64,000 nucleotides of DNA from Schmidtea nova (lineage: Eukaryota): NCBI GenBank assembly GCA_044892505.1, contig CM097882.1:262446001-262510000 (forward strand). Direction: 5' to 3'. The notes beneath the pieces were generated by a model, which saw nothing but the letters and a program-made list of their open reading frames with translations, made no database searches and was not told the origin of the DNA. Shown one piece after another: positions 1-11,300 of this stretch. The position numbers and the translations under genes were made by a program. Every line of letters starts with the position of its first letter. The first letter of the stretch is position 1.

Positions 1-31
1 TGCTCGAGTCGGAAACCGTTTCAGCATCGGT

Positions 32-214
32 TTATTTAGACTGTATGCAAGTTGCCCCGATAACCAACTTTGAGTTTGTTTTTTCGAATTCAATACATTT
101 TTCCTTAGCTTTTCGACTCCACCGAAACCTGCTTCGTGTTTTGGGTTGGTCCAAATCTTCTCCATTACAACAAGATTTAAAGTTTAAATTAAGATTAGGC
201 AATGATTGTCCCAT
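32..214 (-). pseudogene. Unknown Polinton ORF (MGQSLP...); likely continued past a premature stop off the window edge
   Basis: ATG lies 3 nt after the stop of the pX-like ORF (TAA ACA ATG); the frame stays open after the TAA up to position 1. No recognisable domain. Confidence 0.35.
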
Positions 215-217
215 TGT

Positions 218-439
218 TTATGACTGTTTTCCTAATAAACCAGCACCTCCCAATAGTGATAATGCTAATGGTAACAATGCTGCAATAAATCCTCCTTGTT
301 GTTTATATATTATTTTACGCATTAATTTTCTATTTTTGGTTTTTACAAGTGATAACAATGGTTTCTTGTGTTTGTTCAAAACCCTTCTATTTGATTCACT
401 TATATTGATTTTACCTCTAACAACTTTAATTAAAATCAT
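218..439 (-). CDS. Adenovirus pX/mu-like basic core protein (Polinton/adintovirus)
   Basis: Lys/Arg-rich N-terminus followed by KQQGG|FIAALLPLALSLLGG, resembling adenoviral pX (MRGG|ILPLLIPLIAAAIG) with an adenain-like xxGG cleavage site. Confidence 0.65.
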   Translation of the reverse strand: MILIKVVRGKINISESNRRVLNKHKKPLLSLVKTKNRKLMRKIIYKQQGGFIAALLPLALSLLGGAGLLGKQS

Positions 440-569
440 TAGTAAATATAAAAACTTTTGAATAATAATAATAATAATAATAATAACTTATAAAAATCTT
501 ATAAAAACTTTAAAAAAATAGAACAATCAAAAACTAAAATTTAAATTACTAACATTTATTAAATAACAT

Positions 570-914
570 TTATGCATATCGTGCACTGTCAATTCTCCAA
601 ATTACAGTTATAACATCTTTTGTATCTACTTTATAACCCTGAATAATTATATTAATGAACCAGTGTTCTTGATCCTTGTATTCGATTGATTGGAACGCAT
701 CATGAAAACGAGTTTTTCTGTTGTTTATGTATATTTTTTCTTTGCAACTTAAATTTTTATTGATTTTTACAAAAACTTTATTTAGTACAACAACATCTTC
801 TTTAGATATATTTGCAGCTAAACTGTCATACAATGATTTTGTTAATTTAACCGGATACAATAATCTAAAAGGTATTTCTTCTACCAAGAAATAAATTTTA
901 TAGTCATAATACAT
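570..914 (-). CDS. Small beta-rich Polinton protein, possibly OB-fold ssDNA-binding
   Basis: Intact 114-aa ORF; C-terminal WFINIIIQGYKVD...VITVIWRI loosely resembles viral SSB OB-fold strands. Weak. Confidence 0.3.
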   Translation of the reverse strand: MYYDYKIYFLVEEIPFRLLYPVKLTKSLYDSLAANISKEDVVVLNKVFVKINKNLSCKEKIYINNRKTRFHDAFQSIEYKDQEHWFINIIIQGYKVDTKDVITVIWRIDSARYA

Positions 915-1562
915 TTGGACTGGTTTGACTTCTGTCTTGATTTTTCTTTTAATTCATTCTTTCTTGTTTTCTTCTCCATTGATTGGGTTGTTAAAAATAT
1001 TATCATAAGTAGGAAAATTTTCTTTGTGTGATTGCATTTTAATAATTGTGACATTATCTAAAAATAGCTTTGTATTTATAGTCATGAGTTTATGTCTTTG
1101 TCCAATGAAAATGAAGCATTCACACTGTGTGTTATGCATGTGTGTATGTTATGCGTGTGTGTATGTTATGCATGTATGTATGTCTTTGTTACATGTTTTT
1201 GTCGCATGTGTATCTTTGTCACATGTATTAAATAACTGATTCATGTGTGCGTATTTTTATGTAGTTAAATGTTTTATTTAATGTCTTTATTTAAAATGTT
1301 TATGTATTTAGTTAATATTTATATTTCTTTATATGTCAAATTATTTTAATAATGAAAACTTCTATATTAAGAAAAACATTACTATTTAAAATAATAAACT
1401 AAAAAACTGAACTTTAATATAAATTTATAAACAAACTAAAATACTAATACTAATACATTTATTAAATGAAAACTAAAAAATGTAATTACAAATTATAACA
1501 GACAAAAACATAAATAATAACAATAAAAATAAGATAAAACATAAAACATAAAATATATTCAA

Positions 1563-2166
1563 TCATTTATGTGGTGATGATTGATTGCAATCTATCATTT
1601 CACGATTGCATTCTTCGTAAACTGGAAGATCATCGGGAATCTTGCGATGACATTCCTCACAATCACGTGATTCTGGCAAAACGCATTGTGACGATTTATC
1701 ACATTGAATCGATTCGTCTGTAGGACCTGAACAATCAGCGGATCCATTGTAATCAGGGGTACTATTGGGCCATATTTCAGGTTCTTCTTCTTCTTTTGAG
1801 GATTCTAATTCGAATCTTTTTAGTTCCGTTCGCAAAATCCATATACGGAACCTCTCAGTTCGGTCAGTACAATGCCCGCATTGATAGGCACACAGGATGT
1901 GCTCGGCCATGAAAGGGATTTCGACATTTAGATTTGCGAGGTGGTCCAGCAATATTTGATTGATGTCTATTCCCGTAATACACTGGATCTTATACGGGAG
2001 TAGTTCCGGTGCTGTGTAAGTCAGCTGCGTCATCAAATTGGGGAATATTTCTTCCAGTTTTCTGTATAATACAGCCATCATCTTTTCTAAAAATGTAAAT
2101 TATAAAAAATGTAAACTAGTAATTTTTTAATTTACCATTTTTGAGATTTGCCGATGTGAGACTCAT
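1563..2166 (-). CDS. Spliced acidic/Cys-rich unknown Polinton protein (exon 2166-2136, intron 2135-2087, exon 2086-1563)
   Basis: A 49-nt GT..AG intron joins MSLTSANLKN-E-K in frame to the 172-aa ORF. Contains a CAYQCGHC motif and an acidic Cys-rich tail; its own TATA/CCAAT promoter lies upstream. Confidence 0.6.
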
Positions 2167-2198
2167 TTTAGATATAAATTATCACAAAATGTTCATGG

Positions 2199-2310
2199 TA
2201 TATATACGATAGTAACACACACAACATAGATAAAATAATACACACATAACCAATCAGATTCGAGTACACGTAATATGTCTTTATCTGTGATAAATACATA
2301 CATAGCCAAT
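2199..2310 (-). promoter_or_regulatory. Pol II promoter of the 2166 gene: two CCAAT boxes plus TATA
   Basis: TCTGATTGG twice (CCAAT at 2250-2254 and 2306-2310) and TATATATA at 2199-2206, about 35 nt upstream of the ATG at 2166. Confidence 0.55.
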
Positions 2311-2336
2311 CAGAATCGTGCATTACTATTGTAGGT

Positions 2337-2813
2337 TTATTGCAAACATGAGTCACATAATAATAAGAAATCTAAAAAGTCTTTATCCTCAATAATTGAT
2401 TTTATATCGATAATAATACTATCAACTATATTATAACAATCCCTATTTTTTAACCCTAATATCACTACTTTACCGCTTGCAAATATATTAACACACATAG
2501 GATTATATTTTATATATCTCAAAGCTGGAAATATTTCTGGCTCGTAAACACAATCCATTAATTTAGATAAAACATTTAAATTACAAATAAATCCCAAGTC
2601 TACCGTTACAGTAATTGATTGTATTTTTAAATCATAAATCTTTAAGTTTTCTTCACTAATAAATTCCTTGCATCCCATTATTCTAAATCTCCCGGTCTTA
2701 AAAAATATTATCGGGTACTTACCACTTCTATCAATAGTTTGCTATGGTTTCCCCTTTGGGAAATTCAAGTGAGATACATCAGTTTTACCCTTATAATTTA
2801 TGTTGCTAATCAT
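2337..2813 (-). pseudogene. TBP: Compact TATA-binding protein-like gene (158 codons, one in-frame TAG at 2742-2744)
   Basis: Repeat 2: KIQSITVTVDLG...YEPEIFPALRY...VNIFASGKVVILGLK. Upstream in frame, repeat 1: MISNINYKG...PIIFFKTGRFRIMGCK. Intronless. Confidence 0.85.
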
Positions 2814-2840
2814 TACTTTAATGAATATTTTTTAAATATG

Positions 2841-3000
2841 AGAACAGTAATGAAAACTATATTTTATAACAAATATAAACAATATAAAGAAATAAATATA
2901 AAGAAATAAATATATAAATATATTTTAAAACAAATATAAACAATATAAAGAAATAAATATAAAACAAATATAAACAATATAAAGAAATAAACATTTATTT
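2841..3000. repeat. AT-rich degenerate tandem repeat (AAATATAAACAATATAAAGAAAT-like)
   Basis: The unit recurs several times in 2870-2990. Confidence 0.6.
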
Positions 3001-3276
3001 CTAATTTAATCAGAAACTATTAAATTATTTTTTCTGATTAAAAAAAATAAATAAATGAAACAATATACAATACACCCATACCTCGCTTTACGGCCTAGAT
3101 ACGTTCTACGAAACTTGGCCGCAAAGCAAAAAGCCGTATAACGAATCAATTATTCTAATTATCAATGCAAACTTTAAGAATAAATTATCGATTAATTTCT
3201 GTTTAGGCGTTAATGGGTTAAATAAATACTTATTGTATTATATTGTTAAATTATCTACGTTTATTATTTAGAAAAA

Positions 3277-6200
3277 ATGGAAAAAAGAAAATTTAAAGGA
3301 GGCGCTCAAAACGAGAGAGAAAAGCGACAAAAAGTCATGCAAGAAGCTGCTAAAAATACTCTTAAATTAAGTGATATGTTTGCTTCAACTTCTAAGATCA
3401 ATGCATTTGATATTGAAAATTTGAATAAGGATTTGGATTTAAGTTCATCAGTTTCGAGGAATGATGATACTATTATGTGTCCCATTGGCGCAGATAAAGT
3501 TGAAACATCAATTCTCGAAGAAATAACTTCAGTTTCAACTTCCACCCAGGCCAATAATAAAATGATAACACCAACAAACAAAATGTTTAATTTCTTATCA
3601 GATAATTATTTCATAAGGCCAGGAAATCAAAATTATGAAGAGTTTTTTAAAAAACATCCATGCCAACCAACCATTGATGACATTACTAATTTACCTTTTA
3701 AACCAAATTTAATATTTTATAGAGAAGATAAAGTAAATAGGCGTTGGCTATCATATAGTTTGGAAAAAAATGCTCTATTTTGTACCATGTGTTTGGCTTA
3801 CAGTGATATTACAAACGAGAGTTCGTTTGTAAATCGTGGAATGACGGACTGGAGGCACACTTTGCAACGTGTTAAAGAACATGAAAATAGTAAAACTCAT
3901 GAAAATTGTGTAAATTGTCATATGCTCAAATCTAAAGGCAAAGATATTTATAATTTAATGTTCACAAATGAAGGAAGCATACGTCAGAAAAATATTATTG
4001 AACGAAAGCAAGTATTGGAAAGAATTATAGATGTTGTAAAATTAATTGGAAAAAGAGGATTAGCTTTTCGCGCTCACCGATCTGAATCTGTTTCTTCACT
4101 TTCACTTGAAAATAATCAAGAAGACCATGGTAATTTTTTAGAAATAATATTGCTACTCTCTAAATATGACGCTGTTTTAAAATTACATTTATCAAGAGTC
4201 ATCAAAGAAAAGAAGAAAAATAATGAAATATCTGCGGGAACTAAAGGTAGAGGCAGTTTCATTTCATTATTTTCAAAATCTACTATTAACCAGGTAATTT
4301 TGGCCAGTGGAAAATTAATTCAAGATAGCATTTTGTTAGATATACAGGAAGCAGGTATTTTTTCTTTGCAAATTGACACCACACAGGACATAACACAAAA
4401 GGATCAGTGCTCAATTGTTGTCCGATATGTAAAGGGAAATATTTATGAACGTGAAGTAGCTGTTTTAAATTGCAAATCTTCTACAGGGAAAGACATGTGC
4501 AATTTAATTAGTACTTTTATTAAAAACAGTGGATTAAATATTAAAAATTGTATCGGTAATTCGACAGACGGAGCAGCAAACATGCGTGGACAGTATCATG
4601 GCTTCACCAGTTGGTTAAGTAAAGAATCGCCTGGTCAAATTCACGTTTGGTGTTATGCCCACGTATTGAATTTAGTTGTCACAGATGCTACTAGTTCGGT
4701 AATTGAAGGTACTTCTCTCTTTCAAATACTCAACTCGTGTGCCGTATTTCTAAGAGAATCTTATCAACGTATGGATGTTTGGGAAAACACCAGTGTAAAA
4801 ATAAGGTATCAGAGACTTAACGTTATAGGTGAAACAAGATGGTCAGCAAAAGAAACAGCACTTAAAAAAATTTTTGGGCATTATGATAAAAAAGAAACCT
4901 CATTATATGTAGACTTATTGATAACTTTGAATTATTTTGTGTCTAATGCATCTTTTAATGCTCAAATTAGACACACTGCATCAACACTAATGGAGTCTTT
5001 ATTGAAATTTAAAGTTATACTTACAGCGCATACAGTGGCGTAGCAATAGGTTGTGCAGGTTGTGCAAGGCACAAGGGCCCAGGACGAAAAATTAGTAAAT
5101 TTTATACGTTTGAGCATTATAAATTCCCCGATTGTCATCAAACCAAGTATCGCTTGGGCGTTTGTTTTGTTTTTAATTAAGACAGCAACCACAGTTTGAA
5201 CGGTTTATACAGTTAATATTATTAGGAATCTATATTGGATATAGTTGTAAACCACATATGTCACACCCATTCATCTATTAAATTATTTATAATATCCCTT
5301 CAACCCCAACCGGAAACGCTACTATTTCTGTTTTAAAATGCGCAAATTTACTCAGAGAGTTGCTAATCACCTTCCTCCAAGCCTGTCTATGGTTTGGTTC
5401 CTCGGATCACTTCGTTCGACAAATATTTTGTGCGTCCCAAAATCTGCACAAGGGCCCCAGAAATCCTTGGTACGCCACTGAGCGCATATTTATTTAAAAA
5501 TTTTTCTATATTGGACCGTTATCTATATATTTATAAACCAGCAATTTAAATTATTTAACAGCTTATAACATGGTAACTTCCACATTAAATTCTTTAAAAA
5601 AGTTTTCACGTGATTTTAGTAATGTAAAAGAAAAGACAAATTCATTTGCTAAACGTGCGAATACACTACTTGAAGAGGAAAATTGTGAAATAATTGTCGA
5701 AGAAGATTTACCAGAAGAGAGATTTAGACGACGAAAGAGAATGCCCGACGAAATAACCGAAGATCATGAATTTCAAAACCCAATCGAAAAATATAAAATA
5801 ACCACGTTTAACGTAATTATGGATACCACAATAAATACTATAGAAAACCGTTTTAAAAATCATGGAAAATTATATGCAGACATGGCAATATTAGACCCTA
5901 AAAATTTTACCGACAATAAATGTTCAGAAAACAGTTTAGAAGAGCTCAGTAAATTACTAGTAAAATATCATAAAACAGCTACAGGCTCAAATTTAAGGGA
6001 GGAATTAACTGATTTAATGACAAAATGGGACGACTTTAAAATATCTATGCAAGATATATATAACACCGATGAATTAACTGATTCAGATTCAGAAATAATA
6101 AGTGAAGTATGCCTCAAAAACAAAAAGAGTTGCAAAAATTGTATTTATTGTTGCTTTAATTTCTTGGCTAAATATAATTTATATAGCAAAGTATACAGCA

Positions 6201-6442
6201 ATGTTTATTTTGCATTTAAATTTATTTTAACTTTATCTTCGACGCAAGTAGCTTGTGAACGTAGTTTTTCCAAATTAAAAATTATAAAAAATAGACTCAG
6301 ATCTTCCTTGTCACAAAATAATTTGCAGTTTTTGATGCTTATGGCGATAGAGAAGGATATTTTGGTTAATTTAAATAATTATACAATAATAGAGAAAATA
6401 AGAGAAAATGCTCCTGGTATTAGTAAATATTTAAATGGTTAA
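3277..6442 (+). pseudogene. hAT transposase (ZMYM1/DUF4371-like), split by a MITE, with frameshift and stop
   Basis: RRWLSYS..LFCTMC zinc finger, FSLQIDTTQDITQKDQ, STDGAANM, WCYAHVLNL, TRWSAK and C-terminal ACERSFSKLKIIKNRLRS. ORFs 3277-5043 and 5570-6442 rejoin after MITE removal. Confidence 0.92.
5033..5480. mobile_element. Non-autonomous hAT MITE (448 bp)
   Basis: TIR CAGTGGCGTA...TACGCCACTG; perfect 8-bp TSD AGCGCATA at 5025-5032 and 5481-5488. Confidence 0.95.
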
Positions 6443-6584
6443 GAATCTTTTGTTTATTTATTTTTTATTAAGTATGTATTTATATGTAATATTATATTAA
6501 AATGTTATTTTATATTATATTGTTTTTTTTAGGCCGGTCCACTTGGGGTTTCCCGGGCCGCTCAAATTTGCCAGTCCGCTACTG

Positions 6585-6610
6585 TATATATATATATATA
6601 TATATATATA
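6585..6610. repeat. (TA)n microsatellite (others at about 17984-18012, 21581-21636, 50880-50911)
   Basis: Direct reading. Confidence 0.95.
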
Positions 6611-6623
6611 TTTCAATTTTTAG

Positions 6624-9600
6624 CAGCTTCGAATGGTTCCAAGTTGAAGTATGAAGTCCCAGCGAATATTGTTTTAGGGCAAAATGGTATTTATTTTTAT
6701 TTTAAATATATTTTTTTTAATTTAAAATTTAAGAAATTCGACAAGTTAAATCAAATTTATTCAGACCGATAGACCAACGTGGACGCATTTTTCCCGCTGA
6801 TATTGATGCCGAATATACCAATGGTAATTTATTAATTAATATTAGATATTTTTATTTTAGAAATTATTTTAGAAAGTAATGACGAATGTAGAGAATCGTT
6901 GAAACAATTTAATAATAATGATGAAGATATGCCAAAGAATTCGGAGGAAATATATAATATTTCGGATGATGATGATGATATTTTGTATGAAAATGAGTCT
7001 GATGAATGTAAGTTTTTATTCTATTTTTATGGATCTCGACGCTTGTTAACTTTTAACGTCGAATCCCATAATATTAATCAAATTGCTGTCACAGAAAAAA
7101 TTTTTGTGCGGTTAAATAAAGAAATTATCAAAATGGGGAACGTAAAAATTCAATTCACCCTTAATATTGAATTTGAAAAAGATGGAGTCTTTAAGAACGA
7201 ATTTTGTCCACTAAAGCTGAGATCTTTTCAGATAATTTCTTAATAGAATGCATTAGGAAATTAAATAATAAAATAGAAAATTTTACACAATGGGATAGCG
7301 GCTGGATTGTTAATAAAATAATGGAAATCCATTTTATTTTGACAAAAATTTCTACCATGAATCGATTATCTGGCCACGGACATTTTGAAACTCCTAACCC
7401 ATTAAAAAATAAAAGGGCAATTATAAATGTAAAAAATTCAGATGATTTATGTTTTATATATAGTGTTTTGGCTATAACAAAATATAATTTAATCGTTAAT
7501 AATCATAGTTCAGCCTCGAGTTATGTACCGTATTTAAATGATTTAGTTTTTGACCCTATAGAAGACTGTCCCATGAAACTATGCAATATCCCTAAATTCG
7601 AAAATAATATCCCTGGCTTAGCCATTAATGTGCTATCTTATAACCCTAAAGTGATTAGAAATAACAATATAGATATAGAAGATGATGATTATGTTCCTCA
7701 TCATTCACACTTGCAAATAATCCATCGCACAAAATTAAATCATTTAAACCCTATTTATCTTTTATTATTAGAAGATAAGGGAATTTTCCATTATACTGCA
7801 GTTATTAATCTGCAAAGGTTAATGACCAGTAGTATAAATAGTACCAATAGGATTCAGTCGATATGGTGTCCCAGATGTTTAAACGGTTTCCGTATTCAGG
7901 AAACCTTTGATAAACATTTTAATTTATATAAAAATAATCAAATTGGTGCAACCCTTTATAGTCTACCAAAAAATAAATATTTAGAATTTAAGGACTATTC
8001 CAAAACCGTAACCCCACCTTTCGTAATTTATGCTGACTTTCAGTCAATTTTACCGGGTGATGACAGGTATCACCAAAAACATTTACCCATATCAGCAGGT
8101 CTATTACTTTTAAATAATTTAAATAATTCAAAATCATATTATGAATTTATAGGTCTTGAATGTGTATTAGAATTTTTAAAGAAAGTGGAGGAAATTGCTG
8201 TTAAAATAGTACTCCCGTATTATGATTTATTCAGAAATACTCCATTAGGGCCTTTATCATTTGCTGAGCAGGAAGCTTTTAAGACTTGTTCAAATTGTTA
8301 TTTTGAAGTATGGTCTGTCTGATTGTTCATCTTGGGAATTAAATATTATTCCGACTACTACAGAGAAATTTATTTCTCTTATAGCTCACATTGATAAACT
8401 TGCTGTTAGGTTTATTGACAGTTATCAATTTGTATCAGAGTCTTTTGATAATGCGGTTAAAACTCTGTCAGTTTTTCCCTTAACATCTTCAGTTTTCACT
8501 GGTTCAATTATGAATTGTAAGGGTATTTTCCCTTTTAATTTTGCTACGAGTCTTGAGGTCCTAGAATCCAATCTTGAATTGCCTCCGATTTGGGCTAAGG
8601 TGTCTGAGGCTGATTATTTACGAGCTCAACAAATTTGGACTGAAAATAATTGTCTCAACTTGTTAGACTATATGAAGGTTTATCTAAAATTGGATGTATT
8701 TCTTCTAGCGGATTACTTTCAACAATTTCGAGCTAAGTCCATTGCTCACAATGGCTTAGATCCCTTAAATTTTTATGGTATTCCCGGTATGAGTTGGGCA
8801 TCTGATTTGGTGACTTTGAAGGAACCCATTGAACTCCTTCAACACATGGAAATGTATAATTTCTATGAGGGAGGAATACGGTGTGGTTTGACGTTCGTCA
8901 ACAAAAAGTATGTAAAGACTGATGATGACACTGAGCTTTTATATATAGATATTAATAATCTATATGGTTGGGCTCTTAGCCAAAATTTTCCTTTTGGTGA
9001 TTTTAGGTGGGTACATAATGATCTTGATAATATCTTGACCGAATGCATGTCGACGGATATTGATGATCTTTCATATGGTTACACTATGGAAGTTGACATT
9101 AATATTCCAGAAAACTTGCATGTGTTTTTGTATGATTTTCCTCTTGCTCCGGAAAAGATGCACCCACCATTCTCGAAAGTTGAGAAGTTAATGCTCACGC
9201 ATTATCCGAAGTATAACTATGTTATACATTGGAGACTTCTCAAGATGTTTGTTTCTCTTGGGGTTCAGGTAGTAAATATCCATAGAGCGATTAGATTTAA
9301 GCAATCGAAAATCTATAAGGCTTACATCGATACGAATACTCAGTTAAGAGCAAACTCTACCAATAAACTCGATAAAAATTATTTTAAACTCCATAACAAT
9401 AGCCTATATGGTAAATCCGTCGAAAATCTGAAAAAACGGATGAATTTGAGATTATGTAATTCATCTGAAAAGATGATTATATATGCTTCAAAGCTGTCTT
9501 TCAGAAAGCCCATCAAAATTGATGACGATCTGATTGCAGCACATCTGAATAAAGATTTAATATGCTTAGATAGACCTAGTTATATCGGTCAAACGGTACT

Positions 9601-10283
9601 AGCTGCGGATGTATCAGCTGCAATATATTGAATTGCAGAAATATAGGGACCTCTTTGATTGTAAGATAGGAATTGTCGCCGGCGACACTGACTCGTTCTT
9701 TCTTGAGGTTAGGCACTGTAAACTTGATGTTCTCTTACCAGCTATGATTTCTGATGATCTTTTAGATACATCAAACTATGATCCCAACCATCCATTATAT
9801 TCACGACGTCTCGACTCTGGGTTAGGGAAATTTAAGGATGAAAGTAAAGGTCATAGATATGAGGAATGGGTTTTCTTGCGTCCTAAATGTTAAAGTTTTC
9901 TTGGTGATACTGAATATAACAAAGCCAAGGGGATTACACTTGATGAGACTGAAATAAAGCATCAATCTTATCTTGACTGCTATCTAAATGACCGGATAAT
10001 AACTGTTCCGCAAACGCGTATAGGAACTAAAAATCAGCAGCTTTATACGATAAAAAATACAAAAATAGCTCTTAGCAATAATGACGACAAGCGCGAATGG
10101 GTGGGGAGAAATGCAAGTCTCGCATTTGGTCATTATTTAGGAGTCAATGCTAGAACCTATTACGATAACATTCCACCGAATCAATTACCGGATGAATTAC
10201 CAAGTCAAATCAATGAGTCAAATAACTATACCGATTATCCGTACGATTTCGGTGAATGGGCTGATCCCTTTGAAAAAACTTAA
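6624..10283 (+). pseudogene. polB: Protein-primed family B DNA polymerase of Polinton, with spliced N-terminus and multiple lesions
   Basis: SGWIVNKI, IINVKNSDDLCFIYSVLA, YADFQS (Exo I), RFIDSYQF, YIDINNLYG (motif A), KLHNNSLYGK (B), GDTDSFF (C), KAKGI, DDKR, LAFGHY. Frameshifts near 7205, 8300 and 9610; TAA at 9891. 5' exons 6624-6686, 6734-6823, 6873 onward. Confidence 0.93.
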
Positions 10284-10437
10284 TCTTGGCTTTATTCAAC
10301 TTCATCACATCATCAACATTATTATGTGAATAATATTATTTTCGGCTTTAGTTTCAATAAATTTTCTGACTTAGAAAATGTATTTTTTTGTTAATATTAT
10401 TATTATTATTTATATTATTATTATTTTTGAAAGTCTT

Positions 10438-10647
10438 NNNNNNNNNNNNNNNNNNNNNNNNNNNNNNNNNNNNNNNNNNNNNNNNNNNNNNNNNNNNNNN
10501 NNNNNNNNNNNNNNNNNNNNNNNNNNNNNNNNNNNNNNNNNNNNNNNNNNNNNNNNNNNNNNNNNNNNNNNNNNNNNNNNNNNNNNNNNNNNNNNNNNNN
10601 NNNNNNNNNNNNNNNNNNNNNNNNNNNNNNNNNNNNNNNNNNNNNNN
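10438..10647. other. Assembly gap (N run); others at 33569-33982 and 34225-34352
   Basis: Runs of n. Confidence 1.
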
Positions 10648-10649
10648 CC

Positions 10650-11300
10650 TAATTTTTAACATAGAATAATTTTAAAGTTTTTATATTTGACCTACATAAT
10701 TCTTACAAAGAAAATTATCTAGTTGACCTACTTTTTTCTGACTTAGAAAATTTTTTCATGACCTAATTAATTCTGACAGAAAAAAAGTTCTTTATATTTG
10801 ACCTACTTATTTCTAACAGAAAAATTTTGAAAAAATTAAGTTGACCTACTTAATTTGTTGTCATAGCAACTTAAAATATTTGACCTACTTAATTCTGACA
10901 GAAAAAATTTGAAAATTATATTTGACCTACTTATTTTAACCTTAAATTCACCTTAACAATATTTGACCTACTTATTTTGTCCTTATCGTGACTTTAAATC
11001 GACCTACTTTTTGACCAAGTATTGTCCTTAAAATAACCTTAACCTACTTTATTGTCCTTAACCCATAAATTTGACCTTAAATTCACCTTAATATGGCCTT
11101 AAAACGACCCTGACCTACTTTTTTGACCTTAGTGTCCTCAAAATGACCTTAAGCGAAAAATCTGGCCTTAAAGTGACCTTGGGCGAACATTTTGACCTTA
11201 AATCGACCTACATAAAAAATTTGACCTTAAATTGACTTACATAAAAAAAAATTTAGGGGAGGGTCTTGACCTATATCTGATGCGCTCACATCTTACTACT
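10650..11300. repeat. Polinton terminal repeat region with many TTGACCTAC/TTGACCTT motifs, ending ACTACT
   Basis: More than 20 TGACCT cores in 600 bp; terminal CTTACTACT followed by the candidate 6-bp TSD AATGAT. Confidence 0.75.

Larger units (their letters stand above)
3100..6584 (+). mobile_element. hAT element inserted in the Polinton; right terminus CCAGTCCGCTACTG at 6584, left terminus not found
   Basis: CAGTAGCGGACTGG-type terminus next to (TA)n; transposase inside. Left boundary approximate. Confidence 0.7.
1..11300. mobile_element. Polinton/Maverick (adintovirus-like) element, right portion, decayed; left end lies outside the window
   Basis: Protein-primed PolB motifs at 6.6-10.3 kb, pX-like core peptide, compact viral-style ORFs, TTGACCT-rich subterminal repeats, and terminal ACTACT at 11295-11300 (Polinton ends are AGTAGT...ACTACT). 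Confidence 0.85.

Noticed and set aside
45-461. 138-aa plus-strand ORF
   Set aside because: Antisense to the pX-like and adjacent Polinton ORFs; no motif.
954-1240. His/Cys/Thr-rich ORF in the Polinton
   Set aside because: Built largely on TG/CA low-complexity sequence with a stop; coding status unsupported.
10354-10669. ORF-track entries spanning N runs (also 33456-34369)
   Set aside because: Artefacts of assembly gaps.
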